A stretch of 61,174 bases of DNA, filler included, from Sphacelaria rigidula (lineage: Eukaryota): NCBI GenBank assembly GCA_964200075.2. It is 4 parts of 4 records of this genome, joined end to end, with 100 filler letters (N's around TTAATTAATTAA, not from the genome) between each part and the next. Parts side by side here need not be neighbours in the genome. Positions count along the whole stretch, not along the records: positions 15,323 to 30,543 come from CAXNAA020001857.1; positions 30,644 to 45,859 come from CAXNAA020001858.1; 2 more parts are not named here. One strand, 5' to 3'. This document shows positions 24,589-36,795 of this stretch, one piece after another. A model generated the notes under the pieces. It was given only the letters and a program-made list of their open reading frames with translations. It searched no databases and was not told the DNA's origin. Position numbers and translations under genes: made by a program. How positions within the stretch are numbered: position 1 is the stretch's first letter; each line of letters starts with the position of its first letter.

Positions 24589-25891
24589 CGAATGAGCGCG
24601 ATGGCAGTGCTGTCAAAGAGAGCACCGATGCTAGCCACCAAGATCAATCCAGGTCGTGAGGGTCTTCTGGAATCAGGGGAACACAAACACGACAGGGGCC
24701 ATGCGGGCAGAATTGGAAAATGACATTATCACCACCGAGAGCACGATAAGTCACATCAGGTGAAGGGCGTTGACACTCATGGAGTACAAACGGCTCCCCG
24801 TGTGGAAGGTTGCAAAATCTGACATGCGAAAGACCGCACAACTTACCTCCGCCCAGGTGGTCAACGTGCGGTTTGAGGCCAACATGTGGGCAAGACGGTG
24901 AACGGAGCAACGTGCCGGATGGTACCACGAAAAACATGGGAAAGACAGGCAGTATTCTCGACAAAACGTCGTGCTCTTGGACGGGACAGTCAACACCAGT
25001 ATGGCACGTTGATATAAGTCACCCTCGTCGAAATATGGCAACAAAGATACAACCATAAGGTACATACTACGCAAATTCACACGAGTGGAACTCGAGCGGA
25101 GCGGGGTGTTTAATGTTTTCATCACATCATGCCGAAATCAAAGAGTCAGGGAGTTTTGCACATGAATTAGGGGGTGAAAACGAAAAATCCAGTTATCTCT
25201 GTCCGTCTGTTTGTCTAAATTTTCACAGTTTCAAAGTTTTCGAGTGCTGCACTTTGCGAAGCATCGGCGATCTGATCGTGACGTGAGCAGCTTTCTGAGG
25301 ATCCACGTGCTTCCTCGGTGCTCCCTCGTTGTGCAATTGAGTGCGAAAAAACGACAATTGCGTAGGAAGTTTCGAGGCGCTTGTTGCCAACAAAAATGAT
25401 TCTGTCACACCACCTCAAGACTCCGCCCAACGCTGCCAAACCGGTGGAGATGTGACCCTAACTTGAATAGCCGTGGGAAATATGACGCGGTTTTTCAGTC
25501 GGTGCTCGGCGGGGTGTTCCCAGTGATTCCTCAGAGAGCGACGAGCTGCGGTAGGAAGCGAGTCGCGGAAGGGTGGAGGCCATGTTGACGTGGATATAGG
25601 TCACATGCAAGGACAGAACACATTTGCCTTTTACCCGCAAGTAAGAAGACACACCGTGAACGATCTATCGTGGTATCGAACAGACGTGATCCATGGCGAA
25701 CAGATAATTTGCCTCATGACAAGGTATGGCAATGATGCCTTGGCTGCGACTGCCAGCTCCTCGCGTGTGTGGACTACAACACTTGTGCTTGGATATCCAT
25801 TTTATCCATGTGTGTTTTTGTTCACGTGCCGACTTCCAGGGAGTATCTGCCACCTGCAAGAATCCGCGCCAGCGACGAACATCGTGCCAAC

Positions 25892-26281
25892 CAGGGCCTG
25901 AAACAGGGGCGGCGCTGGGGCGGCGCGCCAAATTTCAAGCGATTTCAGCGTGCAGCGCCAAAAAATATTTTGTGACACGGTGGTACCGTACGGTGCTGGA
26001 TTTTGCACCTGCCCAGGACCGCGGATAAGTCCCATATAACCGCAATGAACCGCGGTTAAAGCACCGCGAGAAAAGATGTGAAGAAAACTATAAAAAATCC
26101 CAACACAACCAATATCCTACGCAAAAATCCCATCCTCATACTCGTAAGAGATGGTCTAATGTGCGCATTTTGAATTTTCTAAAGGCGTCAACGCAGCAGC
26201 AACGAAGGCCAAATTACTCGAAATGGCGTATCATCTCTAAATCTGCCCGACGCGCCGGCCAAAGGCCTATTTCAGGCCCTG
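25892..26281. mobile_element. ~390-bp hAT-like MITE
   Basis: TIR CAGGGCCTGAAACAGG / CCTATTTCAGGCCCTG; degenerate 8-bp flanks GTGCCAAC / GTACTCAC. Confidence 0.65.
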
Positions 26282-28600
26282 GTACTCACGAACACAGGAA
26301 CATGGCACAGGGAACTTCACTACCTCTACAATGTAAACGTGAGGTGCATTCTGATGTTTGGGGAACATGGCCTGTGCGACTTGCATTTTTCGGCAGACTG
26401 CGTTTTGAGTGGGACATAATTGCTCGGTAACTACCAAACAGGTCGCTCAATTTCGCTTGGGAATCGCAAGGGGAGTAGTCTAAAACCTCTTGATAGCGTT
26501 CGCGCGGTGTAACTCGTAGCGCGTTCCAACCCAATCCAGTAGTACGGTACGGTACATTCCCCCAGCGCACAGCAAGCACCGGCAAGAGTGTCGCAGCAAC
26601 GGACAGCGCGTTGTTCGTCTTACCGAGGATGAAAGAGCCAACACACCCATGAAGTTTTCAACAGTGTGCAGCCAGCAGCACTGCGTGCCGACAAACATTG
26701 TTTTCTGCAGAGACGAACATAAGTACAATATCGCAGCTCATGCAATCCAAACCGTCTTCGCAATACGTGAACACACCACAGCAGTACAGACAGTGGAAGC
26801 TCCAACAAATGAGAGAGGATTTGAGTGTTTTTGCTGCGATGCAGTAGTGAAAGAGGACATGTCCCATGTTTTAGTCCTCCGTGCGATCGTGGGGAGGTCT
26901 TCAATTTTGGGCTAGTGCCGAGTCTGAACACTTGGTCATAGTCGCGCTGGGTTTGCCCTAATCTGTGTATGGGACGTTCGGCTTGTGAAGCGGGCTTCGC
27001 CCGCAGATGTAATTAAGCAGATTCTGTCCCGGTAAATCTTCATTTTGCCCAAAACTTTCAAGGACCAAAAGACAATTGGCCCTCTTCCTCGTTGATGCCA
27101 GTGTCACGGTAGACAACACCCTTATGGGAACATGAAATAGACAGCAAGACCGCTTACGCTTAAGGGAGGATTTTTGCACATATTCACGGCTGTTAGCACC
27201 GGTGAATACTTGCACGACTGACCCTTGCATGCATCTGCGCACCGATTTCTACTGTAGATTTATGCGCTGTACTGCACTGTCCTATTCTGTCCTGTTATAC
27301 AGCAAGTACCTGCATCGTGGCGGGTCGAAGATTTTAAATTTGAGCGATTCGCGATTGGCCCCGTGTGTCGTTATCTATTGGGTAACTGTTTCCTGTACTG
27401 TACTGTACTGTAATCATCAGGGCGCGACGGGTCCGAAACTAAGAGCTCGCATCGAGTGCATCATTGCAAATGACCACTTCTTCACCCCTACAGCAGTGGC
27501 CTACCAATGTTGCCCAAGTGCATGATATAGCCTAGGTATTTCGGTATCGTCGCCCGAGTATGTTACATGGTTCCATATGGCCTGGAAGTACTGCTGTTGC
27601 ACAACGGTACAGTACAGCATTCAGAACAGTCCAAGAACATTGCAAGTACCCCGCGATGGGATCTGGATTAGGCACGTCAGTATTGAGTACTCATTGGCGG
27701 GGAAGCGTCAGAGACGAATTCCTATCACTCACCCGTAATTTACTACCGCTGTTCGCAATCGTCCCCTCCCTTTTGCCTTCCTCGTGTTCAAGCTTGTGGA
27801 CGAGGCAGCACGAATATATTTTGTTTTGTCTTTTTCACATATCATTTTGTAATCGAGTCAGACCCATAGTTAGAATGTGAGTTGACAACTGTATTTCAGT
27901 TTTCCGAACCGGGCGGGTTGCACTCTGCTGTTGCCATACTCAGCACCCGTTTTGAGCCCGTCTACATGATTAGCTGGTGTGATAATCTTGGTGGCCGGTT
28001 GTGGGTACTCACTCCCTGTGTAACACTCTAGCGACACCAGCGACCGCGGGTCACAACTAAGTGGGATCAGGATTTGCACTCTGCCCCACTTGTGTTTCGT
28101 TGCAGTTTATCATGAGCGGCGCTCATGTATGTCAACACATACTGTTTGTTGCCTGTGCTGCATAGATAGTTTACGCCGGCGATAGGGTGTGTGCCATGCT
28201 GTCCACGAGCGTCAGTTTATTTAGGTCTGCTGCTAAGACGACGGCCAAGGCGGTGAGTTCCAGGCTGGACTCGATATTGCGACAATATATGATCGGCTGC
28301 AGGGCAATCGGTGGGCGTCCCTTTGATCGCCCAGGTGTGTCCGTCTTTTGAATCGGCATCAAAACTTGAAAGTCAACGCCGAACTCAGGTTCCAATCTGA
28401 GATGGCTTTGAAAAGGGAAACCCTACCGTGCGAAATACATTTAGTTGGTCCCAGGGGGCTCCACATATGTTGTGATGTATTCATCTCCATGGGCTTTCGA
28501 AGAGGTGGGGCTTATGGGTGCAGAGTTGCAACGTGTGTGTGGGGGGGGTGGTTTCCACCGGATGTACGCTACAGGATACTGCAAAAAAAAAGTACGCTTA

Positions 28601-28790
28601 CCAAGGGTATGTCGGGTAGGGTATGTACTCTCGAGTACCCGGCTATAATACCCGTGTATTTACTTTACCCGGGGTTTGGGTAGATTGGGTACGTCCTTGC
28701 ATACTCTACCCAAAAATTGCGTCGAGCTGGGTATGATGGTATCCTACCCAATTACTAGGTGGGTACCCTCAGCAGGACCCGGGTGTGGTG
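28601..28790. repeat. Probable DNA-transposon end with GGGTA/TACCC subterminal repeats
   Basis: CCAAGGGTATGTCGGGTAGGGTATG followed by many GGGTA/TACCC motifs; no partner end found. Confidence 0.45.
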
Positions 28791-28804
28791 AATGATTTTG
28801 ATTT

Positions 28805-29560
28805 TTCCATTTGATTGATAGCCGCACTTCAACCGATCCCCCAGGGATCCAGCCTTACAGTACCGTGGTCACATGATAGACGTACCCGAGGCAGAACAAA
28901 ACTGAAACACTCGCTGAGGAAACGTGAAGGAAACGAAGAAGGTAGAACTAAGTAGACGAAGTAAGAAATGCAAATAAAGACCCCCCCCGCCGCCCCCGTC
29001 CCCGACAAACATAGACGAAAAAAATTTAGAAATGGAAGGCCTCTGTCACACGACTTCGGTGGAAGAGGTATTGCGCAGAAACCACATTGGTACCCAATCA
29101 ATCGTAGAGAACGGAAGACCGTGGGTGCAGATTGCGGCTAATCTATTACGGTCCCACTATTTTGAGTATGAAACCTCTCGTCCATGGACCCTACGGAAGC
29201 AGGGCACCAAACTGCTCTGGCATACAGCGGCAGGAAAGAACACCTACATGGAGAGAAGGATGGGAAAAGAAAGAGAGAACAGGGGAGGAGACAACAGGAG
29301 TGGTGAAACTCATAGGATAAAGAACAGCAGAGCAGGTACAAACACACACAAGAGGGCACCGCAGGAACCGCTGACCGAGGACAAAATCAACAACCAATAG
29401 CGACAGACAAGGGTCTCCGATTTGCGGCTCTCGATGCAGCAGCCTCTCGCTTGTGACGGCGGCCCGATTCTCGTTTGTCTTCGCGTCGCGACGTGTCCTC
29501 GAATCTCTCGCCCCTTTCTCGACTCTCAGATGCCATTCGCCGCAGCAACCCAATCGTATG
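28805..29560 (-). mobile_element. Adjacent 5'-truncated RTE-like LINE 3' ends
   Basis: The reverse complement of 29340-29560 aligns by eye with 47320-47560 (e.g. CGTCACAAgCGAGAGGCTGCTGC...GCCGCaAATCG). 28805-29000 carries the GTGACCACGG...GGATC...GTGCG...ATCAATCAA tail. Confidence 0.7.
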
Positions 29561-30221
29561 CGCCGCTAATCCCTACACCGTAGACAAACCATTTCCGCCG
29601 CGCTCCTTTGTTGGGAACAGCCTGGCTATGCTCTACGAGATCACTGGTTCTCCTTGCCCACCCATATGGCAATACTAATACTACCTTTCTACCCAAAGCT
29701 GATCAACCTGATCGGCTGCCAGCAGCGTCCTCTGGTGGCCTTTCACAGTCGACAGTCATGCCCGTGCCCATGCCCACCGAACTGACCGAACTGATCCACC
29801 GGATGACTGACTCGAAAACATCGAACATTGAACATTGAACATTGAACATTGCGTGAGTTCGGCCGGCCAGTCTTGCCTGTAAAGCGGGGAAATAGATACA
29901 GGTCACGGATGGATTGCTGGTATACCAGCCCTGCCGAGGTCGTCACCTCCTTCAAAGGACGCGCCCCCACTCTAACTCCACACAATTCATACTGTGGAGC
30001 ATGATCATTTGAAATAGAATATGACGATATTTACGCGAAATTGATATCTTTGTTATGTAGACTACCTCCATATTATTGGAAGAGTAAAACGCCGCTCAGG
30101 GGGCGCATGATATTCACCGACCCCCCCCCCCAAAACAAAACAAAACAAAACAAGCAATGTCGACCCCGCGCACTCCCGCCTCTATGATTAGTTCGGGTCG
30201 TGAAGCCGTGGTGTTTTTTTC

Positions 30222-30543
30222 CAGGGGTCTACACTTTACACGTAACACTTTAACGTGGCACATTCGAAACGGCGTAACTCCGGGTCATTTAACACCACGT
30301 GAGGTTCGATTTTTTTAGGGGTCTACACGTTACACGTTCACGTTACGTTCATCACGTAAAAATATTTAACGTTCACGTTACGTTACGTATGTCACGTTAA
30401 ATGCATTTGAACGTTACGTTCACGTTTCATATGAAAATTTAACGTTACGTGAACGTCACGTTCATCACGTGAAAAAAATAAACGTTACGTTTCGTTACAT
30501 GTAACGTAATATGAAACGTTTCAATATCACGTGTAACGCCTAA
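30222..30543. repeat. DNA-transposon terminus with dense ACGT-core subterminal repeats, truncated by a gap
   Basis: AGGGGTCTACAC occurs twice (30223, 30317), followed by many CACGTT/TACGTT/AACGT motifs. Confidence 0.55.
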
Positions 30544-30643
30544 NNNNNNNNNNNNNNNNNNNNNNNNNNNNNNNNNNNNNNNNNNNNTTAATTAATTAAN
30601 NNNNNNNNNNNNNNNNNNNNNNNNNNNNNNNNNNNNNNNNNNN
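30544..30643. other. Assembly scaffold spacer
   Basis: 100-bp N block with TTAATTAATTAA. Confidence 0.97.
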
Positions 30644-30859
30644 CCTGCTTGCGCTGGATCTGTATACATGTGTGACATCAGTCTCTGATATGTCACTGCA
30701 AATAGATATCTCCCACAAGAGAATGTAAATGATGCCGCTCGTGCTGTGAGGAGCGAGTCTCATTGGTTGATCGGTGCCCAGAAAGGAAAAGACCCGAAGT
30801 GCTAATGATTTCCGACTTTTATGTGACCATTCACTTGTGCCATCTCACGACTGCAGCAC

Positions 30860-31220
30860 TCGTGTAGGACAACAGAGGAGCAAAGCATGAGCATTATTGC
30901 CAAACGCGGCGTTCACCGGGGCCATCAAGAAAGTGTGAAGGCGTGGTGAGTACTTGTCGATGACGGTAGGATAATTGGAGAGGTGGTGACCTGGGACGGG
31001 TCTACGTGTAGTGACGTACGGGTATGTTGGTGGTGATGGTGGTGGTGGTGTTTTTTGTTGTTATCGCTGCCCCCTTTCTTTCCTTTGTGAGGCCGTTGCT
31101 TCTGTTCCTTTCTTTCTTCATTGTATTTTTTTTATTATTTTGTTCTATTTTTGCTACTCCTGACCACGGGCTGGATTGTTGCAATCAGCTAATGTGAGAT
31201 AATCAATCAATCAATCAATC
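30860..31220 (+). mobile_element. LINE/SINE 3' end with (AATC)n tail
   Basis: T-rich tract, then TGACCACGGGCTGGATTG...ATGTGAGAT(AATC)5. Confidence 0.65.
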
Positions 31221-31742
31221 ATGCAGGTCGAACGATGCCACTGACGTGCCCCACCTCATGGCCAACGAATATACTCAGCTTCCTAGGCAAGGTAGTCTGA
31301 TGTAAAACGTGAATGCGGTTCCTGCCACTCGGATAAGCACATCTGTTGACCATCGAAGAGTTTTGAAACAGCAAATTCTAAGCTGGACACATATCGCGAG
31401 TCGTGGAAGTCTTTTTCCGCATAGCTAGATAGACGGGCATTTCAACATGTACATCTGGCTTCGAGTATGTGCACCCGGGGAAAACATCGGCCGATCCTTC
31501 TGAAAGATTCCCGCAGTCACGATCCCATAGGTACAAGGAGCAAAAGGCGGAGGCGTACCGTTTGCGAGTGCCGGTCAAAGGTGTTGTTACACCAACAAGC
31601 GCTGGAGAGTATGCGGTAGTTGGAAGAGCAATGCCAGGCGAATTGACTACTTCATGTTGTGAGGATTTGGTCAACAGTGTGTTGACCTGTGCGTCTTCGA
31701 GTGTTGACCATCTTGGCACTGGCAAAGAAAAAGTGTAGACTT

Positions 31743-31955
31743 CATACGTCGGACGAGTCATTACTCGTCGAAACGAGTGCCCGCGTGGATGTTTTTTGAA
31801 AACACAACGAGCATGGCTCGTGTGCTCGAGTCATTACTCTTTCTTACAACGAGTAATGACTCGTGTGCTCGAGTCCTCACCTTTTTTTGCAACGAGCAAT
31901 CGTGCGCTCCAGTCACTACTTTTTTTACAACGAGCAATGACTGGAGTGCTCGCCC
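31743..31955. mobile_element. DNA-transposon terminus CATACGTCGGACGAG with ACGAG/CTCG subterminal repeats
   Basis: The same 15-mer starts an equivalent array at 61101. Confidence 0.55.
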
Positions 31956-32149
31956 TATAAACCCTTTTGGGACCGACCCCCTACTAACACGGGGTTGAGC
32001 ATGTGTCGGTGAAATAATTTAAAATGAGCTAGGGAGCGACCTGCCTAATCACGGCGAAGCCAAATTTATCGACCAGCCCCGAACGACCAGCGCGGGGATT
32101 GTTGCCGAGTGTAATGTCACTGCAAATATAGTGTGGGGGCCCTATCCCT

Positions 32150-32813
32150 GGTCCAGATGAGCCTTCCTAGGTTTCTAAAGCCAGGATGCTCGGAGCATGG
32201 CTTATCGTATTAATCGCATTCAGCATAGCGTCCACGGGGTTTCTCAGAAGTTCTTTTGGGTCGCCAGCCTACACTAAAACGTAGTAGTCACACCAACACC
32301 GGGTGGAGTGGAAGAACCGGGGAAGGAGTGTACATGCCACTGGTCATTTTCACGAGGCACTAAACCCAGGTGGGCCGTGGAAAGAAAAAAGGAGCTACCG
32401 TCATGAATTCTGCTTGTTTTTTTGCCCATGACTTGCAGAATACTGTGAACATGTATGTAGTGGGCGGGGATGAACAAGCTGTGTATAGGCACTTGATCGC
32501 CGTCGCTGAGAACTGCCCAGAATGTGCAAGGGAGTATGCAGTGGCAGCTGCTGCTGCAGTCGGAGAGGCGTACTGCACTGTACTGTACTGTATGTACGCC
32601 GCAACGCCCATACCGTTCGAAGAGAATTTGTCGCATGCAACAAAGAGAGAAATGGTGGCCCACCCCGACCACAAAGGGCTGCGTGGCAAGGGGATGGGGA
32701 CAATAACATCATCCAAAGCCACGAGTGGCGAGCGGCCCTCCGGTCGCCGCATCCTGTTTAAAGCTCTCTACCGCGAACCATACTGCTCGCTACATCAGGT
32801 GTACATTACCTAA
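32150..32813 (+). mobile_element. Possible degenerate Helitron Rep fragment
   Basis: Frameshifted motifs EVLLG...GGVEEPGK/xVHA/xVIFT resemble Rep motif 2 (VExQxRGxxHxH). Downstream HPDH-KGLRGKGM loosely resembles HxH..C.KG..G. Recognised by eye only. Confidence 0.3.
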
Positions 32814-33188
32814 TGCCCACCCTGCACCTGAAAATAGATTGGATGAAACTTTCGGTCTTCTTCCATACCCGAATTTTCAGCAACATGCCACTGTGAAATA
32901 CAGTATTTCTAGCATTTTCTCACAACGAGTGAAAAAACTCTTCCTAGGGCTTTTGGCATAGACGATACCATTTCCTATCCATCCTGTTGATGCATCTCGT
33001 CAATGGAATCCGTCTCCACTATCGTTGTTGAAGAGGTCTCGGTATGCGGGGGGGGGGGGGGGGGGGGAAGAATACTTCGTAAACGTGGGACACGAAACAC
33101 TAGTGGGATTTTAAAATGGAAAAACCCCAGTGTTTTTTTTTTTTTTCGTNNNNNNNNNNGTATATGGTGGGGGTAGGCGCGATGGGGT

Positions 33189-33230
<42 letters not shown>

Positions 33231-33423
33231 CGGTGAATGATACTTCGTAAACGTAGGACACGCAACACTACTGTGATTCTAAAATGGAGAAACTCCAGTG
33301 TTGATTGTTTTCTTCGTATTCCTTTCAGCGATCGATCCTACTTCACTCTTGATTATCTAGTGCCCAATCTTGTGGGATGAATCTCATATTGGGTGGAAAT
33401 TAGGCAGGTTGTACCAACTTTAA

Positions 33424-33860
33424 CAGCTGATCATCAAAATTGAGGGTGGAGCTTTCCATTGAGGATGAGAACCCGCATAATTGAAATATTAGTATCCACA
33501 CGAAATCTTCCAAATATGGTTCAATTCCTGTACCGACTGGTAGCTATTGACAAGTACTACATGCCATACAAAGTTGGATCTCGGCAACCGAAACTTTGGG
33601 GTCCTAGGTAAAGAACCAATTTCGGGGATTTCGGCAATCCGATCGGATCGCCGAAATTCCCCCATATTGGTTCTTTATCTGGGACCCCAACATTCTGGTT
33701 ATTAGATTGAAATTGTAGGGTGTGTAGCAGTTGTCAATAGCTATCAGTCGTTGAAGGAATTGGATCATATTTCGAAGATTTGGTGTGGATATGAAGATTT
33801 TTATCCTCCGGGTTCTCATGCTCAATGAAACGCTCCGTCCTCAATATCGATGATCGGCTC
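33424..33860. mobile_element. Foldback (palindromic) MITE, family copy 1
   Basis: The whole element is an imperfect inverted repeat (CAGCTGATCATC...GATGATCGGCTC; GTAGCTATTGACAA / TTGTCAATAGCTA). Homologous to 56543-56983 and 59754-60194. Confidence 0.8.
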
Positions 33861-34648
33861 ATCTCTGTTCTTTCTGAATGACGGATACAACGCGTATCTA
33901 AATGCAGCCAAGAGTAGTCAGCACGAGGACATGAAAGGACGGTAAACCCAAAAGTGTCTGAATTCGACGGGGAAGCCGTCGGAGAGGCGGGTGGCCAACT
34001 GCTTGATCGGCTTTAGTGTGAAATCAACACGTGAGTTTAGTGCATGATGAAGTCCCCGCTTGGTGGTTTTTTAGTGTATGATCAGATGTTCGTTTAGTTG
34101 CAGAATAACGTTGAAAATCTACTGGGTTTTACAGAGACGAAACTGACGGGGATAAAATTGTAGCAACGAAAGCTACCGTACCTCACCTGTCTTGAGACGC
34201 GGTTGGTAGTACATTGGTTGCTGCTGCCCAGTAGGTTTTCCGGGGGGGCATCACTCGTTTTTACTAGACGAATATAGGGGGTCATTTTTGACCCAACTCC
34301 GACTCACGGAGGGAATAGGTTACGCCACAAACAGCGCACGGACACCAATAAACCCGTACGCGCTCCATGCAGAAGATGTTGCTTGCACACGGCGATTGAG
34401 AGATCCGGCAAGAAGCTGTCATCGATCCCCACAGTCGATCCCCACACCTCATAACTAGCCCAACTCAAGCTTTAGCAGGGAGTGGCTGACTTGCGGTGTC
34501 GCTGCGGTCCAGTATCATCGTACTCTCGGAGGGAGACTTAATCGAGATTTTGTCAGTACCGCCGCTGCGTGTGCTATACGCTGCATGAACACCGCGGCAT
34601 CTATTGGTTAGTATTGATAATATAGCCACGGCAACGAACGTCACTCAC

Positions 34649-36550
34649 TTGCTCAGGATCTTTGGCCGGCAACAGGGTAGCGGCCCGTTGCACCAGGGAA
34701 GCCGCGACTGCTTTGTTCGTTGGGACAGATACCGGCGTGTTAACTCCACCGCCGGGGGGCCTATTTGCCTGCACAAACGATGCGGGAATGGTTTTCGGGT
34801 ACGGGGAAGGCGAAAAGATATCGAGTAGCTCTAGACAGCTGTTGTACGTTGACGAGACATGTGCAAGTACTTTACGATAAGATGTTAAAATAGCTGCTTG
34901 AGCGATCGACAATATCCAGCACATCATATCCGATCACGACACGTTTTCTCCGCTACTTGCACAAATTGGGTGTTAAGAAAAGCGTGAATCCGGATTTCCA
35001 TCAACGTCGCAAGATAGTACTTGCCCTCAGCACTTTCGAGGCCTAGAGCTGACTTACTCAAATGAAGTCTATTCGAGGCCCGGGCTTCGTCACTTTTTGG
35101 TGACTGCCATTTTGTGACACGGGCATGACGCGAGAAAACACTCAGGTCGTGTGACGTCATCGAGATTCGTACCCACGCCCCAGCCATCAGAGATATTCGA
35201 GGTCATCAGCTTAGCCACCGGGGCGACCGGGTATGGACATATGAGAAACAAATAAATATAGATACCGTCGACTGCCGTCTAATACTACGGTAATATAATT
35301 GACAGGTGGTGTGCAAGAACTATCTGACTCGTTTTGCAGCGAAGTTTTTCCTCACCTTGTGTGCATACTATCGGTCAGAGGGTTTAAATTCATATTGTCG
35401 CGTCAAAACAAACAACTTCACTGGTTCAGTGAAATGGAAAAACGAGATACTTTCAATTCTATGTATGTATTGGTGTACAAGCACAGTGTACTTATCCTGG
35501 GCGATAGTACTGATACATGCGTGTTTTGACATGTTTGTGTGTATATATATATATATATGTGTATCGCGCCAATGGCGCGGATGCAGGAGCGAGAGGGTTT
35601 CAGCTTGGGTATCACAGAATAGTAGACCGACGACTTGAGTTTAGTGTGGTATCAGCGTGTCCCGTACTCCTGTACGCTGGATATCTTCTTGGGTTAGTGC
35701 GGGTTGAGAGTTTCGATCCACCGTGGGGTCGAGGAACTACTCAATTCTAGTGTAATGTGCCCAATCCTCGGTCTAAGCGTAGTCACCAGGGAAAGGCCGC
35801 AATCACCGAGAAGTACAAAACATCGGAACGGCCAATCGACTACACCTCAGGCTCTGCGACCCCGGCTCTGTCGTGTAGAGGATGACCGCCACAGCTTCGA
35901 AAAATGTATGTTCATAGATGACTAAATAAAGAGATGGGTTCAATAGAACGGGCAAACGTAGGATCGTTGAAATCAGATTGTCCGTTCACTGTGCGAAGTC
36001 ATGGGGTATGTCCACAGTACCACAGGCTGTCCGGCAAATATGAACGGCTAAACAGCATTTCGGCAGATGATATCGTGCATGTCTTGCTACAAATAATGGG
36101 GTCGGGATGTGCTAGCTATATGCGACCATTTTACATGCGTTACTCTTGTTGCGTGCACAACAATGAGCTCGGTCGCTAGTATTCTTCATACACAACTTCG
36201 GTGGTAAGCACAGACGAAACCGACGTAAACCGCGTCTAGCAAGCCACCACGATAACGCAGGCAGCTGCGGACACCATTCGTCACAAGAGTCGGATTGCAG
36301 AAAAACTGCGAGAAAAAAATGTTCCCGAACACGCACACAGGACGACCGAGGGGAGTTGACTGCAAGCGTCACAAGAAGAACTTGAAATACCCGACAAAAA
36401 AACGACCTTTTTTTCAATCTTGGTCAGTCAGTGTGAATTGATATTCTTCATTTTCAGAATGCAATACATGTTCACCTGTGTCCATAGCCTGAGGAAACAG
36501 TCGTGCTCATGCTGCGGCCATCCACCAGTAGGCCCCCCTTCCCGAGTAAT
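34649..36550 (-). CDS. Two exons (36550-36476, 34768-34649) of a CCDC112-like gene; partial or pseudogene
   Basis: Phase-0 AG/GT exons splice in frame to ITREGGPTGGWPQHEHDCFLRLWTQ|ANRPP...SLVQRAATLLPAKDPEQ. This resembles the GGxxGxWxxxxHxxFLxxW...LPxxxxEQ motif of CCDC112. Flanking exons were not found. Confidence 0.55.
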
Positions 36551-36795
36551 CTGAGGTCGGAGGGCAAGACGAAAACATCGAAGACGACAACATACACACA
36601 AGTCAGCATATGTTCTCGGGGACGGAATGAAATCGCAACATTCGCGCCACATATGCCAAGAGCACGAGCCACCTATGACCAAGGAAGCCGCAAATGACAT
36701 GCTGAGTCGGTGCTGACGACGTCACTTTCCCCTTCAATCGTAGGGCAGGGGGAGCATTACTGTCAAGTAACATGCTTTGCAAGGGATATTGGAAA

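Noticed and set aside
24601-24760. Divergent + strand exon (MRAELENDIITTESTISHI|GTGAAG)
   Set aside because: No downstream exons or recognisable homology could be linked to it
26430-26930. hAT transposase-like remnant (VTPRERYQEVLDY...LSDLFG)
   Set aside because: Too short and degenerate to support
30300-31960. CRISPR-like arrays of short repeats (ACGT-rich and ACGAG-rich)
   Set aside because: No constant repeat with unique spacers, no cas genes, eukaryotic context; better explained as transposon subterminal repeats
33048-33320. Poly-G runs and a tandem duplicated unit (G/C runs also at 44647-44850 and 45778-45858) as G-quadruplex elements
   Set aside because: All abut N gaps; homopolymer lengths and the duplication are probably assembly artefacts
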